A stretch of DNA of 64,000 bases from an uncultured Alphaproteobacteria bacterium (GTDB lineage Bacteria > Pseudomonadota > Alphaproteobacteria > RF32 > CAG-239), in the NCBI GenBank assembly GCA_944391715.1, contig CALXUP010000001.1, positions 100,676-164,675 on the forward strand. The letters are read 5' to 3'. Below, in pieces: positions 44,957 through 53,971 of this stretch (within the stretch, counting starts at the first letter, position 1; each line of letters opens with the position of its first letter). The notes beneath the pieces are model-generated. The model did no database searches and had not been told where the DNA came from. It was given only the letters and a program-made list of their open reading frames with translations. The position numbers and the translations under genes are program-made.

Positions 44957-47368
44957 ATGTTTGGTTTGAAAAATTTTAAGACTTTCGCCGGTGCCCTGAT
45001 GCTGGCGCTGGTCGGGGTGGTTCAAGGGGCGTATGCTTCAGAAATCGACCTCAAAATTCCGTCTTTGGACGTGGAATACAATATCTTCGGTTATTCCGTC
45101 CTGGGATCGCAGATTTTGTTTTATGGTATGAGCATCTGTGTTCTCGGTATGCTTTTTGGTTTGTATGAATTTCTTAAAATCAAAAAAATGCCGGCTCACG
45201 AAGCCATGCTGAAAGTATCGGAACTGATTTATGCGACCTGCAAAACCTATATGAAACAACAAGCTAAACTGCTTTTGCTTCTGGAATTGTTTATTGCGGT
45301 TTGTATTTTCTACTATTTCTATTATCTCAACGCAACGCCGATGCCGAAAGTGCTGACAATTCTTTCCTGGTCGGTTCTCGGTATTCTCGGGTCTTATTCG
45401 GTGGCCTGGTTCGGTATGCGCATTAACAATTATGCCAATGCCCGCACAGCCTTTTCTTCTTTGGAAGCCAAGGCTTATAAGGTTATGAGCCTGCCGCTGC
45501 GTTCCGGCATGTCTATCGGTGTTTTGCTGATTTGCGTTGAGCTGATTATGATGATTGCCATTCTTTTGTTTGTGCCGAAAGAAAGCGCAGGCGCCTGCTT
45601 TATCGGATTTGCCATCGGTGAATCTTTAGGTGCGGCGGCTTTGCGTATTTGCGGCGGTATCTTTACCAAGATTGCCGATATCGGTGCGGATTTGATGAAG
45701 ATTATTTTCAAAATCGGTGAAGATGATGCCCGCAATCCGGGTGTGATTGCCGACTGTACCGGTGATAATGCCGGCGACTCCGTCGGTCCGACCGCCGATG
45801 GTTTTGAGACTTACGGCGTTACCGGTGTGGCTCTTATCAGCTTTATCGTTCTGGGTGCCGGTATGATGTATGCCCCGAACGGTGATTTGACCCTGATGCC
45901 GAACGGTGTTGATTTTCAGGCTCGTCTGATTGTCTGGATTTTTGCAATGAGACTCCTGATGATTATTACTTCGCTGGTTTCTTACTGGCTTAATAACAAA
46001 GTTTCTTCCGCCCTTTACGGCAAAAAGGAATTTTTTGATTTTGAAAAACCGTTGACCAGCCTGATTTGGTTTACTTCCATTATCTCGATTGCCGTTACTT
46101 TCGGCGTTTCTTATGTGATGATCGGTGATCTCAGCCCGGATTTGTGGTGGAGACTTTCTCTGATTATCAGCTGTGGTACTTTGGCTGCGGCTTTGATTCC
46201 GGAATTTACCAAAATCTTTACTTCGTCAAAATCCCAACATGTTCAGGAAATTGTCAAATCCAGTCGTGAGGCCGGTGCTTCTCTGAACATTATTTCCGGT
46301 ATCGTTGCCGGTAATTTCTCGGCTTTTTGGCAGGGTATAGTTATGGTCGGCCTGATGGTGGTTGCGTTCTTTACCGCCCAATCCGGTTTGGACAGCTTTA
46401 TGGTTTATCCGACAGTCTTTGCTTTCGGTCTGGTAGCTTTCGGTATGCTCGGCATGGGGCCGGTTACGATTGCCGTAGACAGCTATGGCCCGGTAACCGA
46501 TAATGCCCAGTCTGTTTTTGAGCTTTCTCAGATTGAAGGTATTAAGAACGTTGACAAAGATATTGAGAAAAAATACGGCTTTAAACCGAATTTTGAGCAG
46601 GGCAAACATTTGCTCGAGGCCAATGACGGCGCCGGAAATACCTTTAAAGCAACGGCTAAGCCGGTGCTTATCGGTACGGCCGTTATCGGTGCTACAACGA
46701 TGATTTTCTCAATTATCCTGTTGCTTAACCTGAAACTGAATCTGCTGGATCCGCAAGTCCTGTTCGGCCTTATTCTCGGCGGTGCGGTGATTTACTGGTT
46801 CTCCGGCGCTTCAATGCAGGCGGTTTCGACCGGGGCTTATCGTGCAGTTGATTTTATTAAAAAACATATCAAACTGAGCGGTAAGAAAGCGGCTTCGCAG
46901 AAAGACTCTCAGGAAGTGGTCAAGATTTGCACAATTTATGCGCAAAAGGGTATGTTTAATATCTTTATCGTAATCTTTTCCTTTACGATTGCTTTTGCCT
47001 GCTTTGATGCAAATCTGTTTGCAAGCTATCTGATTTCAATTGCCGTATTTGGTTTGTTCCAAGCGCTGTTTATGGCAAATGCCGGCGGTGCATGGGATAA
47101 CGCCAAGAAAGTGGTTGAAGTTGATTTGAACGAGAAAGGTACGCCGCTGCATGACGCTACCGTTGTCGGCGATACGGTCGGTGATCCGTTCAAAGATACG
47201 TCTTCCGTTGCTCTCAACCCGATTATCAAATTTACAACCTTGTTTGGTTTGTTGGCGGTTGAGATGGCCGTAGCGGCTCCGAGATGTGTATCTCTGGGGC
47301 TGGGTATTTTCTTCTTATTGTTGGGGTTGGTATTTGTATATCGGTCTTTCTACAAGATGAAAATATAA
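44957..47368 (+). CDS. hppA: Membrane-bound proton-translocating pyrophosphatase (H+-PPase)
   Basis: About 800 aa and 15+ TM. The conserved GDNAGD and DxxGDxxGD motif region (CTGDNAGDSVGPTADGFETY) is present, and an AAGGAAAA RBS precedes the ATG at 44957. Confidence 0.9.
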   Translation: MFGLKNFKTFAGALMLALVGVVQGAYASEIDLKIPSLDVEYNIFGYSVLGSQILFYGMSICVLGMLFGLYEFLKIKKMPAHEAMLKVSELIYATCKTYMKQQAKLLLLLELFIAVCIFYYFYYLNATPMPKVLTILSWSVLGILGSYSVAWFGMRINNYANARTAFSSLEAKAYKVMSLPLRSGMSIGVLLICVELIMMIAILLFVPKESAGACFIGFAIGESLGAAALRICGGIFTKIADIGADLMKIIFKIGEDDARNPGVIADCTGDNAGDSVGPTADGFETYGVTGVALISFIVLGAGMMYAPNGDLTLMPNGVDFQARLIVWIFAMRLLMIITSLVSYWLNNKVSSALYGKKEFFDFEKPLTSLIWFTSIISIAVTFGVSYVMIGDLSPDLWWRLSLIISCGTLAAALIPEFTKIFTSSKSQHVQEIVKSSREAGASLNIISGIVAGNFSAFWQGIVMVGLMVVAFFTAQSGLDSFMVYPTVFAFGLVAFGMLGMGPVTIAVDSYGPVTDNAQSVFELSQIEGIKNVDKDIEKKYGFKPNFEQGKHLLEANDGAGNTFKATAKPVLIGTAVIGATTMIFSIILLLNLKLNLLDPQVLFGLILGGAVIYWFSGASMQAVSTGAYRAVDFIKKHIKLSGKKAASQKDSQEVVKICTIYAQKGMFNIFIVIFSFTIAFACFDANLFASYLISIAVFGLFQALFMANAGGAWDNAKKVVEVDLNEKGTPLHDATVVGDTVGDPFKDTSSVALNPIIKFTTLFGLLAVEMAVAAPRCVSLGLGIFFLLLGLVFVYRSFYKMKI

Positions 47369-47492
47369 AAACTGCGCAATACGGACGCCTAATACAGAAA
47401 AGGGAAATCCGGCTAAGTTACGTACGTTTATGTACGCGCCTGTTGCCGGATTTTCCTTTTCTTATTATCCGTCGCGTCTATCGCAGTTTTTA
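47366..47492. mobile_element. Complete MITE-like element, short form (R1 module joined directly to the right TIR, 127 bp). Its first TAA is the hppA stop codon.
   Basis: TIRs TAAAAACTGCG / CGCAGTTTTTA. The body is ~95% identical to the R1 module at 9465 and 17832. Confidence 0.8.
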
Positions 47493-47760
47493 CAGGGGTT
47501 TGAAAGGGCGTTTAGTATAGAAAGTTCTTAAGGCTAATCATGTACCACTACGTACACTCCTGTCGCTTTAAAGGTTTTTTCTTATTACTAGCCTCATTCT
47601 CCGTGATTTTTGGTAAAAACAGCGCTCTGTGGTCACCTAATACAGAAAAAAGAATTTTAGCTAAGTCATGTATGCTTTTATACACTCCTGTCGCTAAAAT
47701 TCTTTTTTCGTATTATCCGTCTTAGGTATTTAGGCGCGCTGCAATATGTTCCGAAGATAC
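47493..47760. repeat. Degenerate and partial copies of the same family, including a second left arm TAAAAACAGCGCTCTGTGGTCACCTAATACAG at 47614 and a truncated R2 5' end
   Basis: Shared blocks cctaatacagaaaa, cctgtcgc...cttattatccgtcttaggtat. Confidence 0.7.
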
Positions 47761-47775
47761 GGGGTTAATTATTAT

Positions 47776-48288
47776 TTATTTTGTCTGATGCTGATATTCG
47801 TTTAAGGCGTTGCGGAGAATATTGACAATCTCTTTGGGATCATCTTGAAAAATAAAGGTAGGAATTCGAATATGGTTTCCGAATAACGGCTTGTCTATTT
47901 TTTTATAAAATTGTTGGAATTTTGATAGTCTTTGTAAAATATTACTGAGGTCATAAACATTAATTTCTATCATTTTATTATTTTTATAGGTTATCAGTTC
48001 TATATTTATAATTTCGGAATAGTGGATAAAGCCATATTTGCAAAGGTTATCGATAATTCCTTGCGGGGTTATGCTTAAGATAGATTTTTTTTGATTTCCG
48101 AACTGTAAAAATTTTAAGCACTGATATGAGGAAAATAAACAAATAACGCCACAGAAAATGATATCTATGTTTTTTTTAGGATTTCCCGCGTAAAGAAAAA
48201 GAAGGATGCCACAAGAAAGAGCTGCTAAAAATGTTATAAAACTGATAGTGTAACAACGGAATTTAGAAACTTTGAATTCTCTCGTCAT
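47776..48288 (-). CDS. Hypothetical small membrane protein (170 aa; two N-terminal TM helices plus a soluble domain, possibly a bacterial PH-like domain)
   Basis: ORF with an AT-rich composition and two hydrophobic helices. No confident family. Confidence 0.45.
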   Translation of the reverse strand: MTREFKVSKFRCYTISFITFLAALSCGILLFLYAGNPKKNIDIIFCGVICLFSSYQCLKFLQFGNQKKSILSITPQGIIDNLCKYGFIHYSEIINIELITYKNNKMIEINVYDLSNILQRLSKFQQFYKKIDKPLFGNHIRIPTFIFQDDPKEIVNILRNALNEYQHQTK

Positions 48289-48323
48289 TGATTTTTCCTT
48301 GTTATTGGGATTGAAAAGTCGGA

Positions 48324-50609
48324 TTATCCTTCCAGAATTTCCCGTTTGCCGGCATGGTCGGGGGCGCTGATAATGCCGTCTTCTTCCATGCGTTCAATTA
48401 ATGTTGCCGCTTTGTTATACCCAATTCTCAGACGGCGTTGGACATAGCTGATGGAGGTTTTTTTATCGTTTTTGACAAGGGCAACGGCCTGAGCGTACAA
48501 ATCGTCTTCCCCGCCGCCGGCGCCTCCGCCGAAACTGCCTTTGTCAAAAACGGCACCGCTGTCTTTTTCGTTCAGCTGTCCTTCGGTTACGCCTTCAACA
48601 TATTCCGGTGCTTTTTGCGCTTTTAAGAACTCGACGATGCTTTCAATCTCACTGTCTTTAACGAATCCGGCGTGAACGCGCAACGGGCGTTGGCCGGCCG
48701 GCATATAGAGCATATCGCCCATGCCGAGCAGTTGTTCGGCGCCTTGTTCACCCAGAATGGTGCGGCTGTCGATTTTGGAAGTAACCTGAAAACTGATGCG
48801 GGTCGGGAAGTTGGCTTTAATCGTACCGGTGATGACGTCGACGGACGGCCTCTGGGTGGACATAATCAAATGCAGTCCGGCAGCACGCGCCATTTGAGCC
48901 AGGCGCTGGATAGCCGCCTCAACTTCTTTGCCGGCAACGAGCATCAGGTCGGCCATTTCATCAACAATGATAACAATATATGGCAGCGGCGTGAGATCCA
49001 GGTCTTGCTCTTCATAAATCGGAGCGCCGGTTTCGGCATCGAATCCGGTTTGTATCGTCCGCTTAATCTTTTGTCCGCTGGCTTTGAGCTCGCGCAGTTT
49101 CTGGTTATAACCGGAGATGTTGCGGACATTGAGCTGAGCCATGGCACGGTAGCGGTCTTCCATTTCCTTAACAGCCCATTTTAAGCCGATAACGGCCTTG
49201 GCCGGATCGGTTATCACCGGCGTCAACAGGTGCGGAATTCCGTTATATAACGAAAATTCAAGCATTTTCGGGTCAATCATAATGAGTTTGCATTCATCCG
49301 GGCGCATTTTGTAAAGCAGTGATAAAATCATCGTGTTAACACCGACGGATTTTCCGGAACCGGTTGTTCCGGCCACCAACAAGTGCGGCATTTTGGCCAG
49401 GTCGGCATAAATATTTTTGCCGCCGATGTCTTTGCCGAGCGTAACGGTTAATGCCCCTTTGGCATTTTTGAATTCCTCGCAGTCAAGCAATTCTCTTAAA
49501 TAAACAATCTCGCGGGTCGGGTTCGGCATTTCTATTCCGATGGTGTTGCTGCCCGGAACAACGGCAATACGAACGGAAACGGCGCTCATTGAGCGGGCAA
49601 TGTCGTCTGCCAGGCTGATGACGCGAGCGGTTTTGGTGCCGGGAGCGGGCTCCAGTTCATAAAGGGTAACGACCGGTCCGGGGCGGATTTTGACGATTTT
49701 GCCGTTAATGCCGAATTCCTGCAAAACGTTTTCCAAATCGAGTGCAATCTTGTCCAGTTCTTTCTGGCTGACATTATGGGTGCTCTTTTCTTTGGGTTTG
49801 GAAAGGATTTCCAGGCTTGGATACTGATAATCATCGCCGGCGGGCTCCGGTGTGTAGGGTTTGGACTTTTCAAAGCCCGGTTCCTTTTTATCTTCTTTGT
49901 CCTTGGTTGTTTTTTCTTTTTTGCGGCGCGGAGCTTTGTCTTTTGCCGTTTCTTTCAGTTTTTCTTCACGGCGGTGCGGCGCAAAGCTGAAAATGTAACG
50001 GAAGGCAGCGGCTGTCCATAAAGCGCCGGTTTTAATCCAGCCGGCCAGGCGGCGGCCGAAATCCAGCCAGTTGCGGCAGGTAATGCCGGCAGCAAAGTTG
50101 AAGAAAAAGACGGAGAACAGCAGCAAAACCGTGCCGAAAATCCAATCGGCATAGCCGTAGACGTAAAACTTTTTGAAGAGGGTCAGAATATGGCTGGCAA
50201 AAAGCGCGCCGACGGTTCCGCCGAGCCGGAAAGTGCCGGTAAAATCAGGCAGCAGGCTTAAGAACATGGAAAAGCTCAAAATGCCGAAAAGGAGAGAGAA
50301 AGTACGGTAAACCGGAAATTCTAGTTCTTTGGCGCGCACCAACTGCCAGCCCCAGATTATTATTGCACAGAGAAACGGAAAAAGCGCAATGCCGAAGTAG
50401 TTGAAAATAAATGCGGCCGTGTTTGCCCCGCCGCTTCCCAACAGGTTTTTGACCGGTGTGGCAGAGGCGGACAAAAAGGAGTTGTCGCCGATGTGGCAGA
50501 AAATGCAGCTGAGAAAAGCGTAGAGCGGGAAAATAATTAATGCCGCTCCGAAAATGCGCCACAAAATTCTGACGATAATGTTTTTTTCTTTTTTCTTTTT
50601 TCTTGCCAT
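48324..50609 (-). CDS. ftsK: DNA translocase FtsK
   Basis: N-terminal 4-TM domain, a Pro/Lys/Glu-rich linker, the FtsK motor with Walker A GTTGSGKS and a C-terminal gamma (winged-helix) domain. Confidence 0.95.
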   Translation of the reverse strand: MARKKKKEKNIIVRILWRIFGAALIIFPLYAFLSCIFCHIGDNSFLSASATPVKNLLGSGGANTAAFIFNYFGIALFPFLCAIIIWGWQLVRAKELEFPVYRTFSLLFGILSFSMFLSLLPDFTGTFRLGGTVGALFASHILTLFKKFYVYGYADWIFGTVLLLFSVFFFNFAAGITCRNWLDFGRRLAGWIKTGALWTAAAFRYIFSFAPHRREEKLKETAKDKAPRRKKEKTTKDKEDKKEPGFEKSKPYTPEPAGDDYQYPSLEILSKPKEKSTHNVSQKELDKIALDLENVLQEFGINGKIVKIRPGPVVTLYELEPAPGTKTARVISLADDIARSMSAVSVRIAVVPGSNTIGIEMPNPTREIVYLRELLDCEEFKNAKGALTVTLGKDIGGKNIYADLAKMPHLLVAGTTGSGKSVGVNTMILSLLYKMRPDECKLIMIDPKMLEFSLYNGIPHLLTPVITDPAKAVIGLKWAVKEMEDRYRAMAQLNVRNISGYNQKLRELKASGQKIKRTIQTGFDAETGAPIYEEQDLDLTPLPYIVIIVDEMADLMLVAGKEVEAAIQRLAQMARAAGLHLIMSTQRPSVDVITGTIKANFPTRISFQVTSKIDSRTILGEQGAEQLLGMGDMLYMPAGQRPLRVHAGFVKDSEIESIVEFLKAQKAPEYVEGVTEGQLNEKDSGAVFDKGSFGGGAGGGEDDLYAQAVALVKNDKKTSISYVQRRLRIGYNKAATLIERMEEDGIISAPDHAGKREILEG

Positions 50610-50671
50610 GTTTTTTATGTCCGTTTCTTTTCCCTCGGCCGGATTATATGCCTGAAATCCTCAAAGAATTC

Positions 50672-51100
50672 TTAATTTTGGCAATAAATTTCGTTGGTTT
50701 TTTCTTTTTCTATTGCGGCTTTGATGCGGGAAATTATCTTTTGTTTTTCTTCCGGAGCGTAGGGTTCCGAATGGTTGTTCCAAACGGTGGTCGGCCAGTC
50801 GGGATCACCTTCTTTGCGGCAGAGAATGTGGATGTGAAGCTGCGGCGTTTTATTGCCGATCATTGCCACGTTGGTCTGGTCATGCGGAAACAGTCCGGCC
50901 ATAACCTTTTCACAGAGCGCCATCTCGCGCATCAGCTGCAGGCGGTCTTCCATGCTCAGAAAGGTCATATTTTTGACGTTTTCCCGTTTGGGAACCAGAA
51001 AGATCCACGGATAAAAGCGATTGTCTTCAAACAAAACGGTGCAGAGTTTCAGGTCGGTAATGTGGGCTTTTTGCGCCAGTCCGGGAACGAGCTTGAACAT
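50672..51100 (-). CDS. HIT-family (histidine triad) protein
   Basis: HxHxHxx motif (QLHIHIL) near the C-terminal third; ~140 aa. Confidence 0.8.
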   Translation of the reverse strand: MFKLVPGLAQKAHITDLKLCTVLFEDNRFYPWIFLVPKRENVKNMTFLSMEDRLQLMREMALCEKVMAGLFPHDQTNVAMIGNKTPQLHIHILCRKEGDPDWPTTVWNNHSEPYAPEEKQKIISRIKAAIEKEKTNEIYCQN

Positions 51101-51202
51101 ATTATGTCTTCCTTTGCGATAGTATAAAATGGGTTTTTGTCTTGACTTTATGACAATAATCGATAAACCTTAACGCGATATTAATAGAATAAAGAGGTTT
51201 TA

Positions 51203-52147
51203 ATGAAATATGCTTTTGTGTTCCCGGGCCAAGGCTCGCAATTTGTGGGCATGGGCAAGGAATTAGCAGAGAATTTTAAATCGGCCAAAGATGTTTTTCA
51301 GGAAGTCAACGAAGCCCTTTCGCAGGATTTGTTTAAGATTATGTCTGAGGGGCCGGAAAGCGATTTGACGCTGACGACCAATGCTCAGCCGGCGTTGATG
51401 GCTCATTCTATGGCCGTGGTCAGAGTTTTGGAAAAAGAATTTGGCGTTCAGCTTAAAGATAAGGCCAGTTTTGTGGCAGGACATTCACTGGGTGAGTATT
51501 CCGCAGCCTGTGCTGCCGGCGTATTCTCACTGGCAGATACGGCCAGACTGCTCAGAACGCGCGGTGATGCCATGCAGAAGGCCGTGCCGGTCGGTGTCGG
51601 CGGAATGGCCGCCGTTATCGGCGTTTCTTTCAAGGACGTTGTGGCTCTGGCAGAAGCTTGTTCCGAGGGCGGATATACCTGTGTGGCGGCAAATGATAAT
51701 GCCGACGGACAGGTTGTGTTGAGCGGGCATATTCAGGCAATTGAAAAAGCTGTTGAAATTGCACCGGAATTTGGTGCCAAAAGATGTATCAAGCTGCCGG
51801 TCAGCGCACCTTTTCACAGCCCGTTGATGGGGCCGGCTGCTGAGGTTATGGCAAAGGCATTGGCCGAAGTAGAGGCTCATAAACCGCAGATTCCGCTGAT
51901 TGCCAATGTTTTGGCCGAGGCCGTTACGGACGAAAAAGAGATTGTCAAACATTTGGTTGAGCAGGTTACCGGATCTGTCCGTTGGCGCGAAACCGTTATT
52001 TATATGAAAGAGCAAGGCGTGACCAATGCCGTTGAGCTTGGCGCCGGTAAGGTTCTTTCGGGAATTATTAAGAGAAGCGACAAAGAAATCAGCGCTGTAT
52101 CGGTCGGTTCGCCTGCCGAAATTGAAGAACTCGCAAAAAGTTTTTAA
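51203..52147 (+). CDS. fabD: Malonyl-CoA:ACP transacylase
   Basis: GQGSQ and GHSLGEYSA active-site motifs. Confidence 0.95.
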   Translation: MKYAFVFPGQGSQFVGMGKELAENFKSAKDVFQEVNEALSQDLFKIMSEGPESDLTLTTNAQPALMAHSMAVVRVLEKEFGVQLKDKASFVAGHSLGEYSAACAAGVFSLADTARLLRTRGDAMQKAVPVGVGGMAAVIGVSFKDVVALAEACSEGGYTCVAANDNADGQVVLSGHIQAIEKAVEIAPEFGAKRCIKLPVSAPFHSPLMGPAAEVMAKALAEVEAHKPQIPLIANVLAEAVTDEKEIVKHLVEQVTGSVRWRETVIYMKEQGVTNAVELGAGKVLSGIIKRSDKEISAVSVGSPAEIEELAKSF

Positions 52148-52168
52148 CTCGTTATATGGAGAAAACAA

Positions 52169-52906
52169 ATGTTTAGATTAGATGGAAAAATTGCCCTGAT
52201 TACCGGTGCTGCCGGCGGTTTGGGGGATAAAATCGCCCGGACGCTGCATGCTCAGGGGGCAACATTGGCTTTGACCGATATGCGCGAAGAGCCGATGCTT
52301 AAACTGAAAGAAGAGCTCGGTTCCAATGTTGAGGTCTTTACGGCCAACCTGACGAATCCGGATGATGTTAAGTCTTTGGTAGAAAAAGTTGAGGCAAAAC
52401 TCGGCCGGATTGATATTTTGGTTAACAACGCCGGTTTGACCCGCGATAACCTTTTTATCAGAATGAGCGACGAAGACTGGCAGCTGGTTTTGGATGTTAA
52501 CCTTTCCGCCGGTTTCAAATTGGCAAAAGCTGCCGTTCGCGGTATGATGAAACGCCGTTACGGTCGTATTATCGGCATTGCCTCGGTTGTCGGCGTTACC
52601 GGAAATGCCGGTCAGGCCAACTATTCTGCCTCCAAGGCCGGTATGATTGCCATGAACAAATGTCTGGCTCAGGAAGTCGGCTCACGCGGCATTACCGTAA
52701 ACTCGATTGCGCCGGGCTTTATCCGCACGCCGATGACTGATGTTTTGCCGGAAGATGTTAAAAAAGCTCTGTTGGCGAAAATTCCGGAAGGCAAACTCGG
52801 TGAAGCTCAGGATATTGCCAATGTTGTAGCATTTTTGGCTTCCGATGAGGCGCAGTATATTACGGGACAGACTATTAATATCAATGGCGGAATGGCCATG
52901 ATTTAA
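52169..52906 (+). CDS. fabG: 3-oxoacyl-ACP reductase
   Basis: TGAAGGLG cofactor motif, the NNAG motif and the YSASKAG catalytic tetrad context. Confidence 0.95.
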   Translation: MFRLDGKIALITGAAGGLGDKIARTLHAQGATLALTDMREEPMLKLKEELGSNVEVFTANLTNPDDVKSLVEKVEAKLGRIDILVNNAGLTRDNLFIRMSDEDWQLVLDVNLSAGFKLAKAAVRGMMKRRYGRIIGIASVVGVTGNAGQANYSASKAGMIAMNKCLAQEVGSRGITVNSIAPGFIRTPMTDVLPEDVKKALLAKIPEGKLGEAQDIANVVAFLASDEAQYITGQTININGGMAMI

Positions 52907-52917
52907 AACTTGCAAAA

Positions 52918-52996
52918 GGCCGGTCATGCTTGTTTCTTTTCTCCTCGTGTACCTTTTTTGTACACGTCGTCGAAAAAAAACGGCGCAGCACCGGCC
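52918..52996. repeat. R3 palindromic module copy a (~79 bp; outer stem GGCCGGT/ACCGGCC, inner stem CGTGTAC/GTACACG)
   Basis: Directly repeated ~85% at 53149..53228; nested inverted repeats read directly. Confidence 0.7.
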
Positions 52997-53010
52997 TTTA
53001 TCAAGTTTTT

Positions 53011-53136
53011 TAAAACCGCGCTCTGTGGTCACCTAATACAGAAAAAGGAAATCCGGCTAAGTTATGTACGTTTATGTACGCGCCTGTCGCCGGATTTCCT
53101 TTTTCTTATTATCCGTCGCGTCTATCGCGGTTTTTA
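53011..53136. mobile_element. Complete MITE-like element, short form, with covarying TIR variant TAAAACCGCG / CGCGGTTTTTA
   Basis: Body ~90% identical to 47366..47492. Both TIR arms carry a compensatory T->C and A->G change relative to the other copies. Confidence 0.8.
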
Positions 53137-53148
53137 CAGCGGCTAAAA

Positions 53149-53228
53149 GGGCTGGTCATACTTGTTCCTTTTCTCCTCGTGTATCTGTTTGGTACACGTT
53201 GTTGGAAAGTAACTGCGTAGCACCAGCC
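53149..53228. repeat. R3 palindromic module copy b, followed by a degenerate left-arm fragment (aaaactgtgttttgtggttacctagtatat)
   Basis: Sequence similarity to 52918..52996. Confidence 0.7.
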
Positions 53229-53261
53229 TTTTATAAAACTGTGTTTTGTGGTTACCTAGTA

Positions 53262-53296
53262 TATAAAAAACTCCGGAAGTGTTTTCCGGAGTTTTA
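53262..53296 (-). terminator. Rho-independent terminator downstream of grpE
   Basis: actccgga/tccggagt hairpin with a U-tract on the minus-strand transcript. Confidence 0.6.
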
Positions 53297-53315
53297 CATT
53301 CTGAATTATTAACAG

Positions 53316-53915
53316 TCAGTTGCCGCCTTTGGTAACGACGACCATTGCCTCGCGCAAAATGCGGTCATTAATCATATACCCGGTTTGCAGTTCGGCAACA
53401 ATGGTACCGGCCGGTTTTTCTTTGTCTTCAACTTCCTGAATAACTCTTTGGTAATTTGGGTCAAAGACTTTTCCCAGGCTTTCTACTTTTTGAATGCCGA
53501 ATTTCTTAAAGACTTTCATTAACTCCGTTTCGGTCAGTTCAACACCTTTCAGCAGGTTTTTTGCCTCTTCGCATTTGGACTTTTCTGCATCCGGCAAGGC
53601 TTCAATCGCGCGGTGCAGGTTGTCGGCAACGTTCAGAAGGTCTTTAGCAAAAGATGAAATGGCATATTTGGTGTTTTTTTCAATTTCCTGAGCGCAGCGT
53701 TTTTTGGTATTTTCCGCATCGGCGTAAGCTCTTAAAAACTCATTTTTCAAAGAGAGGTTTTCGGCTTTCAGTTTTTCAATTTCCTGACTGAAATCAATGG
53801 CTTCTTCCTCTTGTTCTTCAATGTCTTTTCCGGTGGTTTCTTCGGTGTCTTCAATATCTTCCGGAGCTTGGATTTCCTCAGGATTTTGGTTATCAACTAT
53901 TTTTTCTTTTTTCAT
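53316..53915 (-). CDS. grpE: Nucleotide exchange factor GrpE. The start is at the internal MKKEKIV at 53915, with a GAGGAAAAG RBS.
   Basis: Acidic N-terminal tail, a coiled-coil, and the C-terminal GrpE signature (FDPNYQRVIQEVEDKE...TIVAELQTGYMINDRILREAMVVV). Confidence 0.9.
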   Translation of the reverse strand: MKKEKIVDNQNPEEIQAPEDIEDTEETTGKDIEEQEEEAIDFSQEIEKLKAENLSLKNEFLRAYADAENTKKRCAQEIEKNTKYAISSFAKDLLNVADNLHRAIEALPDAEKSKCEEAKNLLKGVELTETELMKVFKKFGIQKVESLGKVFDPNYQRVIQEVEDKEKPAGTIVAELQTGYMINDRILREAMVVVTKGGN

Positions 53916-53971
53916 CTTTTCCTCTTTAAAATTTAGGATATTGATTGTATATATAAGATATTTAGTAATTA

